The translations under genes were made by a program, and so were the position numbers. The notes under the pieces are model-generated. The model was not told the DNA's origin. It searched no databases and worked only from the letters and a program-made list of their open reading frames with translations. A DNA stretch of 64,000 nt from Balanoglossus misakiensis (Eukaryota; Animalia; Hemichordata), in assembly GCA_040954595.2 (NCBI GenBank), contig CM082593.2, positions 2,205,830-2,269,829 of the forward strand, written 5' to 3'. Within the stretch, counting starts at the first letter, position 1. Each line of letters starts with the position of its first letter. Of the stretch, positions 1 through 14,618 are shown piece after piece.

Positions 1-2424
1 CCTACGTCACTGGGTTTTTTAATCGTTTTAACTCAGTGCCAACCCGCCCGCATATCGAAAGCATATGGCCTACTGTACGACAATCTTGATTACTACTCCG
101 CTCCGTATGGTCTTATGGTTTGTTTACGTCTGCGACATAGGTCTAGAACACTTTCGTATTAAAGTAAGCCCTAATGATTAAGCCAACGAAAGGTTAAGAT
201 TTAAAATATGCAATATTCCTTTTTTCTTGGATAGGACGTTCCGCGCCCACTGCGGTACGCCGGCGACAACCGCAGTTCGGCCGCTGTTAACTTCGGCTAA
301 TCTGACTACACGGAACGTAAGGCCACCGAAAACCGGTTCTCTACACTATTGTCCCACTGATCTGAAAGCACAGAAAGCCTTTGTTAGTCATTGATGATTT
401 CTCAAACAATTATTTTGCCGTTCTGCACTCGTTATCGTGATGCTAAACCACAGTTGATCTCCATTCACCCATAGTTTGCTGTCGCTGTCTATTGGCGCAA
501 GCCTATCAGCTGCAATCGATACCTCCCAGTAACTAACTTCTTTTGCTCCAGACATGTTTTGGTGACTTTGAAAGACTTTGACACCGAGTTGTATCACTCT
601 TTATGTCAACTTTGTTACTGCCAAGTCTGGGGAATTAAAATCGCGACTTAAAGATACCAATCGACGAACTGATGAATAAGATATGCTCTTGCAAATCAAA
701 CACCAGTAGGATAGAGCGGCGTGCGCGTGTGGTAGACTTAAAGAAGCATGTCGAAGTATATCTCAAGGGATTAAACTTGACACCATATTATATTTCTCAG
801 TCGGGATTTAGCGTTGAATTATCTACAGAAAATTGTCTTCTAATTGAATTTCGCACACAGAGTTTTCATAGCATATCAGTTTAGCTTGTGTATGGTTTTA
901 AAATATATATATTTTAAAATATTAAATATATGAGTAGTGCATTTCCCCAGTATTTACGGGAGGTTATAATAACCCAAATATCCATTTCCTAACTCGGTCT
1001 TGCAGATGTTTCGAAACGGGGTCAGGTTCAGTTTGTTATACATCAATCACAGCCGGCGAAGTTGAACTCCGAAGTCATTAACATGGAGAAACCACAAGCA
1101 ACAACCACGACACAAGCGTCAGAACGATTGTCAACGTTTCAGCAATAACTCACTGAGACAACACTCTTCGCGGGACAAAGGGGTTATTTATTCGTTGCCA
1201 TAGAGACCACAGATACTCACTGGGTAGGTAAGATTTTTCTTTTTTGGAGTGAAGTTTTGTTGTGTCTGAATGGGTGCGAAGTTGAAGTTCAAACGGAAGC
1301 AATCTCGTGCATTACATGTATCCTTGGTGACGATGTTCCACAAGCTATCAATCAATCAATCGAGAAGATTTTTAAAGGGCCAGTATCCAATGCAAATTGT
1401 TCAGAGGCGCTGCACATCCCAGGAAAAAATCTGTAACCTCCCCACACACAACGAAAATGGAAGATCAGAGAAATGGATGAAAATACAACCAGAATAAATA
1501 CACGTCTATGTATACAAAAAGCTCAGCTAATAAGAAAAATATGTCATCAGTCCAATAAAAGTAACCCGGTCTAAAAAGTACACTATATACATAAAACATA
1601 TGGGACGACGAAGTCAAACAGTGGTCAAGAAAGAAAAACAAAAGTTAAACTGCTCTAAAGAAAAGATGCGAGTGTCCACATTTCCAATGGCAGTTTTTTT
1701 TCCAGAGCTACTCTGTGCAAGCCGCTTATTCACCTGGCAGGTTCATAAAAACTAGGGTCATCATCCTCCTGGTGGGTCCTGGGAGGACAATATCCAGTTT
1801 TTACGACCCTTAATCAGAAAGCGACGACTCACTCTAAGAGAGCGACAAATTGTGGCCGAGGGGACATTGAATTTCCCCCGGGGAAGTAATTGACTCAGAC
1901 GCATGCGCAGGCGAATCCGCAAGATGATGATCCAAACAAAAGCACCGATCATTAATCACTTTTGTCTAATGTCGTCTTTGTCATGTGCCGCTTTCTTTTG
2001 TTTTTATGCAAATATGTTGTTAGGCATTGTGTGGCATCGAAAAGGTAACACAGTCTCGGTGCAATGCAGGTGGCCGACTCGGATAGAAGGGTTGATGTCA
2101 ACAGGCGACCCGGATAGAAACAACATGTGGTTACATCATCGATTTTGTATACAAGTGGTCCGTCTTAATTTACATATGCACGGACGTACAATCTCCATTA
2201 GATGCATAGATTTGATTAGACTGTGTGCGTGGTTCTTTCCATAAAGAAAATGTATAGAAAATTATAGACGTATAGTTTTGGTTAAAAAAAATACAGTAAA
2301 ACAGTATCAACGCACCTGTAGAAAGTTATGAGTGTTCTTGAATATACCATTTTCCGAACTCCATGGGACCCTGCGAGATCTCGCGTGAATTGGCGGTTTA
2401 GTGTGATGTGACGTGATGTGGCAC

Positions 2425-2500
2425 CCATCCATCTCCGTCTGTCCGTCTACCTGTTCTTTCTTTCGTTCGTTCGTCCGTTCGCCCGTCTATCCATCCATTT
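2425..2500. repeat. Degenerate tetranucleotide simple repeat (TCCA/TCCG/TTCG/TCTG units)
   Basis: Directly visible run: ccatccatctccgtctgtccgtctacc...ttcgttcgttcgtccgttcgcccgtctatccatcca. Confidence 0.7.
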
Positions 2501-4783
2501 ATGTTGTTGGAATCAGTTCTAGCGGAGAGTGCCTTATATATAATGGTCTATATCATAAGTTACAGCTGTATTGATACTTGCCACTGGTGCGATCTCGTGA
2601 TGAACCAAAACTGCTATTCACTGCGCATGCTAGTCTATTCCACCATCTGCCTTTCAGACTGTGTTTTAATTGAAATTAAAATGAGAGAGAATCGAAATTG
2701 TTTTCGTTAATATACTCCTCGATGACATGAATCTGTGTGTTTGGATCAGCATGATGATTGACCCACATTTAAAAATCCCGGTTTTTGATTAAGTTTGGGT
2801 ATCACACAATAACCGGTTAGTTGCAAACTTACCACTGAATGTACCAATGCGATATTTTTTTCAATTAAAATCACATCTCATGTGTCCTTTGACAGGTAGC
2901 GTTGTGGATTACAAAGAATTCATTAGTCATAGCCACATAAGTGTCGATACAATGGTGTCATTTGGCCGATAGACACTTCGGTTCTGTCTGTCATTACAGC
3001 CTACAAAGTGTTGGCGTCAAATTTGATCTCGGCTGGTTGATTTTTGGATATTAGTTGATGTCCGCCGGTTATACGCAATCTATGCGGGTACTCGTCTGAT
3101 TCTTGGTTAAAGGAAACCATAAATTTGACCTTTGCCATCTGTTGAAATTTTGTGCACCCTGTCCGTCCGCGGATATAGTATAAAAGGGTAGCCAACAATG
3201 GCCGTCCGCAGCTGGACACACGGACGTGGTTTTTACATTGATTTTAATAAAGTTTTGAAGGTCACTGGTGATTGTTTGGGAGTTATGCCGCGTGTGATGT
3301 ATAACCGCGAGCGATAGTAATCACGGTTGATGGTGACTTGTGTTCGGACCCCCGGACAATACCACGACAAGTTGTTTGTGTTGAAACTTTCTTCTTCAAC
3401 TGTTTCGTGGAATCGGCGTTAGTTCCAACTTTTGGCGATTTGGAGCATAATTGTTGTACTGGTAGGCCGGGGATTCATAAGGGATTGACGGAGAATTTAT
3501 TTGGATATTTCTTTCGTAATCTGGGCATATTTCAAACTGAATCATTCCAAGTGTTTAAATCCTTCTCTAATATCTTGTAAAACTTTGTTGTATATGGTCA
3601 AGGCTTCGGGGGGGGGGGGGGGGGGCTTATTCTCAGATCAAGGCGGTGATTGATTCCTCAAAATAAACACGACTCAGAGAAGACAAAATACGTAGAAGAT
3701 TCGCCCAAACATAGTATAGATACATGTATTACCATGTCAACTGTCTCCATGGAAAGAATCTGAGATAGACACTACTTAGCAGAGAATAGAACAAAATGTG
3801 CTATCATACGAAAGGTTGTAAAAGGTAAACCAGGACTATATTTTCACTCGGTCTTTCAAGTTGAACGACCCTATTCCCTTTTGAATTTGCCGACGTTTTT
3901 GGAACCACCACCGAATCGGTCCTATCAGAAACCATATCAGAAAAATAAGCTCCGATTGTTCTAAAACATATGTGTCGATCAATTTCAAATCTATCATATC
4001 ATGCGTGTCATGCGCCCATTGTCATCTATTATAAAAAAGTTACCAGACGAGTTGACAACAACTGGCAGATGTATCCAACGGCCGTTGTTGAATCCTAACT
4101 TTTGATGATCTCGGAGATAGTTGAAACAACAGCGCCGTTTGAAAATGTATTTAAAATTGTAATTTAGTCATGAAGTTAGTATCTATGATGATGAAATAGA
4201 CTTCAGGCACACGTGTCAATCATATCAAAGATAACCGCGTGAAACGCAACCTAGTCGCGTTCGTCAAACCTTGAAAATGTCGAGCGACAACGCTAGCGAG
4301 CAACCGCAGCCGCCAATGTCAATACCACCATCAATCATAGTTCCGTTAGATGCTAAGTACACAAGAAGTAGAAATAAAAGAGTTGCAGTTGACAAATTAA
4401 CTGTTCATTTTCTGTCTGACAAAGCAGCGGGAGATAGACATCGCGATGCAAAGGGCCGCATCGCTGAAATTTCTATATGGACTAAATGAAGTCAAAACTC
4501 ACAAATGATTCATCGCATGGCGTCTTACAGCCGTCACTACTGATTCAACTCTTTCCGTTATATTTGGAAAGAAGGTGGTAATTGGATGCCCCCAAGTGTA
4601 GCAGACTATTATAGTACTCTATAATCCTCCAATAAGCCACATTTTCACAAGTGTTCAAGAATCCCTCTTAGCAAGATCCTTCCACAAAAGACTGTGATCC
4701 AAGTATATGCAAACACAGGGGTGACCATTCAGATCAGTCCCTGCACCACACGTGCAGCACTGAGAGGCACACACACGCACTCA

Positions 4784-5011
<228 letters not shown>

Positions 5012-5639
5012 GCTAATAGCTTTTGTTTTTGTTATCGATGCTGGTGTGGTTGTTAAACTCGCTTACTTTCACCTTCCTATTCTTACTTGTCATACGTTTG
5101 TGATAAAACATCTGCTCTCATATTTAATTCCTTCGATAAATAAATCAAATAGAGAGAATCAATTCGCTATTAAGCGTAATTCCCAACAGGTGTATTTGCG
5201 TTTTTTATCATACCATCTCAAAATTTTTCTCTGATTATTGAAAAAACGCAAATGCACACAGTCTTTTCAATCAGGAACAATAACGGTGATTTTCTTTAAG
5301 TCTATAATCGTTATCTCTGCGCAGGCGCTGTAATGTTTCCCTTATCAGGTAATACCGCTGGCATCGTTACATATTTCGTGGCAAAAAAAGATGAACAAAA
5401 TTAACAACCAAACCTCTTTCTTCTCTCTTTTTGCGGAAAAATTACTTGGACGATGCATTTTACATGTTGCAACTTTGCAAACGTTTTTATCGGAAGGAAT
5501 ATCTGTGACGTCACTAAAGTAGACTTGATAAAGAGATACCTGTATCGTATTTTTAATGATTTACAAGGACGCCCGCATACCCATTTGTTGGTTTTTGCTA
5601 CACGTTTCAAGTTAAAACATGTACATTTTCGATCTTTTT

Positions 5640-5930
5640 TTAGAGCTGTTCAGGTTTCTCTGTCTACTTATATAAGAAGTCGCCGTGCAAAATTTTGAAT
5701 GCGAAAGCAAAATTGTCTCAGATTTGAAATTCAAAATGGCCGCCAATATCCGAGTTGACTCTATGGAGAACAATTTAGCGGTGACTTTTCTGAAAACAAG
5801 ACAGTGAACACCCTGTTTCTTCTTTGTTTTCACAAACGTTCCACACACTTTTTAAGATAGCCAAGTATTGATAGGTTAGGAGGAGAATAATGTTTCTGAA
5901 AATCTGTCCCCGAGGCGAGTATAACCTTAA
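5640..5930. mobile_element. Probable fragment of a non-autonomous TTAA-ended DNA transposon (Kolobok/piggyBac-like end)
   Basis: Ends in CGAGGCGAGTATAACCTTAA (5911-5930). A similar 20-mer, CGAGGCGCATTCTACATTAA, occurs at 21463-21482 (14/20 identical). Left boundary approximate; family assignment is inference. Confidence 0.3.
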
Positions 5931-7140
5931 ACTGTGAAGTTTAATCATTTACCGACATCTTGTCCAGGGTTTGAGACACAGAAAAAACAGGAGTTTCTGT
6001 TATTTTATGAGCCTTGCCAGTGCGAAAGATATTTGTTAAGAATCACCTAGAACTAGTTATTTATTAAATCGTTAACTCTATGTTTTTACAATCAGTTTCT
6101 TCTATCTATCGTCGACACAAAACATCTTTGAACATGCGTAATTGAACCGTCGACCAGTTCGCCGTCGACTGCCTACGCAGCTGCCGCTGTTTCTTGTAGT
6201 TGTTTGTTTAGCCCATAATTCCTTTCCCTTTATTCCTGTCTCATGCGGTGATTTTTGTCTTTAGGCTGTGTGTGTCTACCCAGGCAAAATAGATCCCGAT
6301 AAAGATTAACAATTTAAACTTCGAACAATATCGGCCAATTGTTCTTTATTTGTACAAAATTTGCCGAGAGACGAGACCTCTCTTTTGGCCGAGGCTAATT
6401 AAGGAGAAATCCTCTTGAAATTTCCTGGTTAAAGGGGAGAAAGCAGCCTAACCATGTATACATGTATAGTTGCAGTCAGCATCAGTCGATCTAATCACAA
6501 ATTCATGTGATCAAGATGGTTGTACACGTACCCTTGAAATATTTTGTAGTTTTTCACTTCTTGGTCTAATTAAGACACTATAAGCTCACCGTGCACAGGT
6601 ACCCGCAAATCTGAGAAATGTATGAAGACGACGACCTGTGGGATCGACGTCCATGCACCCGCTGAAAGTTCACTACGATTTGTACCCCATGTTGAAGGTG
6701 TCCTGTAATTGGTCGACAAAGTAATCCCATTGTCATTACATTTCAATAACTACCCAGAATTCCAAGCGACAGCTGATACCAGTCATTGTATTTACCCTGC
6801 CCTCGGCATCGAAACGTGATACTTTTCGTTCCACAAAATTTTGACACCTACAACATCGATATATTTTGGTGTTGATCGTTACACTGCAGAAATATAATGA
6901 ATTAAGCGCTCAGCTTAAGTGCAGTTAAGATAATATATGTAAGAGGTCGTTGGGTTTCATGACCACATTAACATGTGACAGGTTCTCTGTTTGCATAATC
7001 AATTTACGCACTCCCTGAAAATCTCCGACACTCGAGTGGTCTGACTTGTACACTCGTGCTTTGCAAAGAAAAAATGAACTTTAGTTTTTTTTACAAGTAG
7101 CAAGTCACACACGTACAGATATTGGCCACAACCATCCCTT

Positions 7141-7355
7141 CTCCGTCAGTTTGTCCGCCTGTCTGTCTGTCCGTATATATGTACGTAGGCCTGTCTGTCA
7201 GTCTATCTGTCTGATCGACTGCCCGCCTGTCTGCCTACCTATCCGTATGCCTGCGTGTCTGCCTGCCTGCCTGCCTGCCCGTCTGCCTGCCTCATGTATG
7301 TTTGTCCCTTCCTCTGTCTGCCTGCTTGCCTGCCTGTCACTCTATCTGACTGACT
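7141..7355. repeat. Degenerate (CCTG/TCTG)n tetranucleotide repeat
   Basis: Runs such as gcctgcctgcctgcctgccc and gtctgtctgtcc. It explains the low-complexity ORF 7151-7435. Confidence 0.85.
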
Positions 7356-10300
7356 TGTTGGCGTACATTAACTTCCACACCGTACGACAGGTGGCTCTGC
7401 CAGGACGGTGGGACACTTGGTCCCCAATTTCTTGACGGTAAAACACAGCTGAGAAGCATAGTGTTTGAATCTGAGAACAGGAAAACAATCTCACTATCTG
7501 CAAGCGGATTTGCCACCTTCCCACCTTGCCTGTTTGTATCGTAATTACTCACCGCGCGATTAACTTCTGCACATGGTTGTTCCGAAGGGAGAAGGGAATA
7601 AAAAAAATCGACCTGAATTATCTCGCCACTATATCAACATCCGCACAAAACCAAAAAATAAACTTTTGAAAACTCTCACAAAACAGTCTCCGATTATACG
7701 ATAGTGGCTGCAGACTGAGAGATACGATTTAACAAATTTCTCGGGCTCTCAATTGGACCCAGTTGAACCCTGAGATATTCGCAAATACGTAGATGGGGTG
7801 AATCAGGGGCGAACAACAATCAAAACAGACGTTTATACTTGGGGAACATTTTCTGTGTGTTTAGCTTCATTTTAGACCGTGGTAGGCTTCCGTCTAATGA
7901 GTATTCTCTATAGGTTGGTAATATGATTTAATTCAACCCAGTAACTCATATAAACGTCAAAAGTGCTTCCTTTCGAACGATTGGTTCGAAACTTAGATTT
8001 CCCACAGGACAAAAAGGCGTGGGTAAACCATAACATTTCGGGCATCTCGCCATAACTGACATTAGCATTAACAAAGCTCTGTCGTGAGGTAGACAGCCCA
8101 CTTGCTCGTTTGACCCTCAGTGACCCTGCGTCTCAAATCATACAGGCGTCTCAGTCGTTATTCCGCAGACGAATGGCTTGTCTGTCCCTTTTCCCTAAAA
8201 CAAAGATACATGAATTCAAAATTACCCTATAGACATTCAACGTTCTAGTTCCATTTCTGTTTGTACTAGTGGCACAGAAATTAGCCTCTTTTCCTTCACA
8301 TTCAAAACGATTTCTGCTTTTCGTGGCGAGAATAAGTGTGTTTGTTGTTTCTAACACAAGAATTGTCGCCGTGGCATTGTTCACAGTCGTAACGCACGTG
8401 GCGGCAGTTTCTTTGGTGTGCCACCCTAGCTGCAGTAGACACGGAGCGAACATTCACCCCTTTAAGAGCAACTGTTATTATTTACAGTTGTTCATTTCAT
8501 CTTCCTGGAGATTTTGATCGCAATATGAGAGACCGGATGATGTTATCTCTGGTGGTGTTAGTTATTCATTGTTCAGAATCTCCCCGGCAGTTGATCTGCC
8601 GACGGGGATACGCGAACGAACCATCTCCCCAAATCTGGACCACGTAGGCTGCACTTTTTTGCCGCATACCTTTTGAGGTTGTTTAATTGTCACAAGCTGC
8701 GACGATGTCGAGATTTGATTTACATTTGATGCTGTCAAACGTATCCTCTATTCAGAGGATAAGTTCGACTGCACTGTTGAGGCAAATTCTTAAAATGGTC
8801 GCATCTATACAAACAAGTACACCTGTCCTATGCAACTCATATGAGAGATTGTTCTGTACTGTTCTTATCAGAAGTCTCCTGTTGAAATAAACTCAACGAC
8901 TTTCGGTAATTAGCAGTCGCGACGTAGCCACAAAAAGGTGCAAGGACTATATTTTGTGACAGACATCCAGTGTGGATTTCTCTCCTGCGCTGTATGTTTA
9001 CCAGTCCCGTTGGCCGGACGGTCGCAAGAATGACCCGGGTCGTACAATCAACGCCATGTTGCAAATCAATCCAAAGTTGTTGATATGATGTGAATGGCTG
9101 AAAAAAGCCACGGAGCAGAAACTGGACGGCTCCTGAAAATTTCGCCTGAACAGAGAAAATCGACCATCTGCTTCTGCTGTTGTGTCTTTTTCTGGAGTTG
9201 ATTACCATTCGGATCAAAAATCATCATTGACCCCCCTAGCATGACAAAACAGCAAAAGAAAGATTGAATACGAGACGGGAAGCACAGCCGCGTTTGACAA
9301 CGAAATCTCCCACGTTTAGCACGCATAAATTGTTCCCGTCAAAGATGAAAAGGCTGTTTTTAAACAGGCAAACTACAGAAGGAACATCTTTGTGTCCTAT
9401 TCAGCTTACTTTCGGGCTCCCGGAGTCACGTGACATGGGTAGAGGCGTCTGAGTCGTTCTCTCCAGGCATAAGACTTCATTTTTCTTCGTCCCGCCATCT
9501 GCAAAAGTCCACAAAAAGAACAAAGTTGAAGCTGTTTATATGTGCGTGATTTTTATATTAATTTTCAAATACAGACGACAGATGTGAACGACTCGGGCTT
9601 GTATACAAAGATTTTCTGTCCCAGAAGTTCGTTTAAAGTTTTTTCTTCCAGATTGTTTGCAGAAGAACATCGTTTCAAAGTTTCCCGAAAGATTTCCTCG
9701 AAAATTCCCTTTTCCTGGCGTGAAAAAGTATCTCGTTTGATTGGAAATATAACATAGAAACCTTTTCTCTCCAATAGTCCATTGTTTTCGCGCCATAACA
9801 AAGAAAGTTCGTTTTCAGCAGTACCACCTCCGGGGTCTGATCGCCATATTTCCTTCTGTGTAATTCAATTTTGGACACACTTCGCTTCTGTAACTATCCC
9901 AAGATTAGGCATGCAAGGTAAACTGTAAATTTGCACAGCAGTTGAAACGGGTGGATCATGGATTACAAATAAGTGAGAAAAATGGTGACTTTTTGACTGC
10001 GCTGAAAGGGCTATAAAACCACCCTGGGCGCCCGGAGTAAGTTGTCAGTCGGTAAAGAAAATTCTCTTTGTTGTTTGTAGATGCCCTTCGATTCTCTGTC
10101 ATATACAATTTTGACTCGTAACCTCGAATCGCACAGTCACTTAAAGCGTCACGGTAGTTGCGGGCAGTGGGCACGTGACTCTATCCAAACACCCGAACCC
10201 TTGAAATGCGACGTGTAGTTGGGAAGAATATGTCGTTATCTGTAGTTTTGCGTTATTTCTCCCGGTCCTCCATTGATTTTTTTCATCTGTCTGAGGAACG

Positions 10301-13031
10301 CGCGGGTGTCAGAACGCTTGTCTGAAGAATAACCAGACAAAGTGAATTTTTGTCGTTTATTGAGTTTGCAAGTGTTCAATTCTCATAAGCAACATCTGTT
10401 TACAATTTCTTACAAGAACGCTTTTTGCATGTTTTTAGAAAACGTTTGTCTGATAGGAGGGTTTACAGTAAATCAACTACGGCTACAGAGTACAGTCACT
10501 GTACAAAGCCAAGATCGTCTTTTTGTTAAAAATGCTCAGAAATTCTTCATCCGGTTTTGTGGTTTAAACTCCAATGAATGCATGTACTATCCGTCTTGGT
10601 GCTTAACTATAAGTCAACGCCGCGTTTTTTTATCAATTATGGTTGTAAGAAAGATTTCAACAAGACTGCGGAGGTCCGTGTCCTCTAAGATAAAGGCGAC
10701 TGAACCCTAGTTACTTTCCAGACGAAACTCTAAGTCACTGACCAAAACGGCCATAAAAGTGCCACATGTGATTTAGTATGCGGGTTTTATGCAGTTGCCA
10801 TTGGAAACGCGTTGGAGACACCTGTTGATTTGAGCGTTTCATTTTTGTCGCCTAAACGAAATAAATTCGCCCCTTTGGGCTTGGTTTATCGAGGGGTCGA
10901 TCAAGAGTTCGCCTCGCGGACAACTATATGCTCAGGGAAATATGTCAAATACTATCCGTCACGGTATAATGAGGCGCGACATGGCATCACCCGGGCGAGA
11001 CTTATTTCCCAACTTCATGAAGCAACTGTAGCGTGACCAGAACTCACTTCACCTTCTAGTACATCAATAACTGATTGAATAATGACTAAACAATGCCAGC
11101 TAATCGTTTGCCATTTTACTGGCGGCTGGACAAAAAAAACCTCCCGATGTAAATTAAGTTTTGTTTGCGTTTTCCATGATATGGGTAATGATCGATTCCG
11201 TTTATTCTTGAAGTTTCAATTAGTCTGTTATCGAAGCAATTGTAATTAACATGGCTGACATATGTGGTGAATACCCACTCTCTTTGTCGGTTGAGTTTAT
11301 ACTCCAGTCATCTTCCCATGTTAATGGGCCTGTATTTTGCACTGTCGCCCCCTCCCCTCACTAGCTCGGCAAAGTTTATAGTGCATGCAACATTTTAGGC
11401 ATCAAAATGCTTTTGCTACGGTTAAGGGGATCCACAGTAAGTTGGACTTCATATGTGATGGAAATACTTCCTATAGAACAAGAGTACGGTGTGACGTGTG
11501 TTTAAACGCAGGGCGTAGTATGGTTCTGTCAGAAAGTATATGTAAACTCATTGAGCCAATTGACCTAGTAGTCACCTGAGAATCTTCCAAAGTGTAATAT
11601 GGGGGTAGAATCGCCTGCTTCATAGCCTGTACCCACGATTATCACAATAGGGAATCCAGGATCTCTTTTCCTGCACGGCTGAAAGTTTATCCCCAATTCC
11701 TGAGTGACCACGCCCAGGCACGCGTCCGTGCTTTCACCATGTGCGTCGGTTTATGTCTCACCAATGGCAGACCAAATTCAGGTGATCGACTCCACTGTCT
11801 CTTTCTCTATCTCAACAAAATCATTTTCTTGCCTATCTCATATCCTATCAAATTGATGTACATGTAGAAAGGTATCTCATTTCTGAGCTATCAGATGCAG
11901 TTATAATGGATGGAAATTTACCGTGCTCGATAGTCATACCATGTACCTCCATGGTCATACATACATTGTCTATGAATGTGTCAAAAGTAGCCTCTATGTT
12001 TTAAATCTTCCAAGGAAATGTGCTCTGGGTGATATAAAGCATTTTTCTTGAATTGGTGCATGTGATTTTTTTTTCCGTAGGCAGCTTCGACAGTGATTTG
12101 CTGCAGAAAATTGGCCCATTGTCTGACATAATGTGAGAAACACAAGCTTCGGGGAATATTTTGTTGGTTGTATCGCTGTGTATTTATAACAGTTTAGCGC
12201 TGTAACCCGCGGTACAAAGAAAATCGGTCTTGGTGGTGTTTGGGAAACAAGTCCAGCTGATTCCAAAGTGCGTGGGTGTGCTTGGGGGCAGCTCCCTTCT
12301 TGAGGCACGCAGCAATTCAATGAGATCTCGAGGATCTGTTATGTGCGGGGATTCCACCATACCAATGTTTGCGTATCAACCAAAAAGCTTCAAAACCACC
12401 CCGCCCCCGCCCATGTCCAGCCCGTCCATTCGGGGCTCATTTGGATGATATGCTGAACACGCTCTGACAACCTCGAAGTGTCGCTGGCGTTGCCTGGATG
12501 CGGTCGATTGGTTACCGGGACGACAGTCAATCTCCCCTGCCCACAATCGTCTGCACTCGCGTGTAAATTAAACAAACTTTACATCTTGGCGTTTTCATCC
12601 AACCACCTTAGGTGAGGTTCATAATACTTCTAATCTGCCTCAGCCGCTGTAAACCTAGCTAGAGGATTGGTTTATTTCCATCGGGGATCTAGCCTAACTC
12701 CTTAGTATAGAATATTCTTTTTAAACCATGTACAAAAGAACTTTTTTGCTGGTACGCGAACAGTTTCTGGCAGCCACTAAGTTCTCAAGAGATTTTTTTC
12801 ATACAGTCAACTAGGTAATATATCTTGGAAAAGTCAAACAAATTATTGGACATGGGAACGAGTAACTACCACTTCAAAAATCGCTGGCAATGTATCAACC
12901 TTCGCGTATCTCAGCGTTCAAGGACAAATCACGAGAACAATGAACATTGATCAGATTGTTGGTTGTGGGGTGGGGGGTGGGGAGGTTCAAAGAAACGAAG
13001 AGACAAGTCGATTAAATTAAATGGTGTGTAT

Positions 13032-13037
13032 TTTATT
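13032..13037 (-). terminator. Candidate polyadenylation signal of the bHLH gene
   Basis: AATAAA on the minus strand (TTTATT on plus) about 545 nt downstream of the stop, at the end of an AT-rich UTR-like tract. Other hexamers could be used. Confidence 0.45.
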
Positions 13038-13580
13038 AAAAATGAACTTGCGTAGAATGGGTGTAAAGCCTACGATTGTAAAGTAGATTAAAAGTTGCAA
13101 AAGGCATACAAAGAATAGTTTTCTCTTAGTGTTTAGTGACATGAATGTCAACGTTGCACAAGGATCGCACAAGACTGTATACAAAAGTTATCGTGTAGGT
13201 GCGAAAAAAAACACAACAGTCAGAAAATTCTAAATTGACGACATAAAATGCACTGTGACCAAAAAGTTTTGCAGAATAGAAAAAAAATATAAGCATTCTC
13301 GGTAAAAGATTGCAATGCTAGTATGAGTTGGATCATCAAGAATAAAATATTTAAATGACTATTTTTGTTACCTCAATAAATAAAAAAATATTTGGCCTTC
13401 TTAGGCTTAACACTTATTGCATACCGTTGTAAAAATATCAATATAGAATTGAAATGTCTTCTCAAGTATTTCAGTAAGTTCTGGATGGACTTGAATACGT
13501 CGCCTGGATTGTTCTGGAGCGGAGCTTGTCACGTCCGTCCGCTCTCCAGTGCCCCGCAAAAGTTCTCCGGTGCAGAGAGG

Positions 13581-14171
13581 TCACTGCGCCGCATGTCTGT
13601 TGTTCGTGGTGTTCTGAGAGATCGATTGAGCGAGTGCCTCGGCATTATAGTTCGGTTTTCCTCCAATCTGCTTGACTTCTTGGAGTATTCTGGTCAGCGC
13701 TAAGATGTAGTTCTGGGCAAGAAGTAGCGTTTCCATTTTACTGAGTTTTCTGTCTGACGGGTAGTGTGGTACGACATTTCTGAGTGAGTCCATGGCTTCG
13801 TTCAGTCGCCTCATTCTCGTCCGCTCGCGTTCGTTGATCGTCAACCTCCGGTTATTCCTTGAGTCGCAGTGTCGGTGTCTACCGTTCGTGGACAAGCGTG
13901 AACGAATTTTCAAACTCGAGTCCGTTCTCTTGATTGTGTTCACGTTCTCTATGTTTTCTTGTGCTTCTCTTTCCTGGTTGGAAGTCATGCCTGTCGGCGA
14001 CGCGTCTTCGAAACCCGAGTCAACAGAGCACGTTGATAGAAGTCCCCCGTTGAATGTGATGATCTGCTGTCCGTAGAACGCCTCTGACACCGTCTCGTTC
14101 ACTTCTACGTGTAGAGCTGTGGCGAACGGGGTTTTAAATTCGGTGGGTTGTGCAAAGTATGCTTCAGCCAT
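13581..14171 (-). CDS. Atonal-superfamily class A bHLH transcription factor (Mist/dimmed-, NeuroD- or Olig/Beta3-related), 196 aa, single coding exon
   Basis: Contains [56 protein letters not shown], a full basic-helix-loop-helix with the NxRER, LN, LR, P, KLSK-ETL-A-NYI-L signature. Start context ACAATGG. Subfamily cannot be settled by eye. Confidence 0.93.
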   Translation of the reverse strand: MAEAYFAQPTEFKTPFATALHVEVNETVSEAFYGQQIITFNGGLLSTCSVDSGFEDASPTGMTSNQEREAQENIENVNTIKRTDSSLKIRSRLSTNGRHRHCDSRNNRRLTINERERTRMRRLNEAMDSLRNVVPHYPSDRKLSKMETLLLAQNYILALTRILQEVKQIGGKPNYNAEALAQSISQNTTNNRHAAQ

Positions 14172-14618
14172 TGTTGTATCGCTTTTGCCAGAGTTAACCT
14201 AAACACAATATTGCGTTGGTGTTTTGAATGTTAAAGGCTGGGTTATTGTCTGGAACCGTCGTCAATACTGGGGGGCGGGGTTGCCAGCGTGTAGAGCTCT
14301 TGGTTGACAGTCACAATAGTTATCTGACGAACAACGCGATGTCGAGCCCCTGATGGAAAACGGTGAACAGCGCAAGATGTTCAGGCGACGGCAGTGATGT
14401 TGTTGCAGGCCGTATGGTTGGGCGAGGTTGTCTTCAGCGATGAAAAGTGCGGGTAAGCTGATTACCAAGTTTTGTAACAGCAACTCGAAGTTTTCGGCGT
14501 GCCCTTAAAACTTGATGCTGCCGGTGTGTAACACTACTGACGAACTCTGTGGTTCCCGTAATGTCTTCAACGTCTGCTACTGAAATAACTTCGCTGTCGA
14601 TGAGTGTCTTCAGGTTAC

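Noticed and set aside
896-919. Perfect 24-bp AT palindrome (also short hairpins such as 23726-23749)
   Set aside because: Low-complexity or very short; expected from slippage or repeat decay.
3030-3595. Protein-looking minus-strand translation (possible pseudogene)
   Set aside because: Stops occur about as often as in random sequence and no motif could be assigned.
6429-6437. TTAAAGGG / CCCTTTAA 8-9-mers as transposon termini (also 8457, 23050, 24137, 62762)
   Set aside because: Could not pair any two into matching terminal inverted repeats by eye; too short to call.
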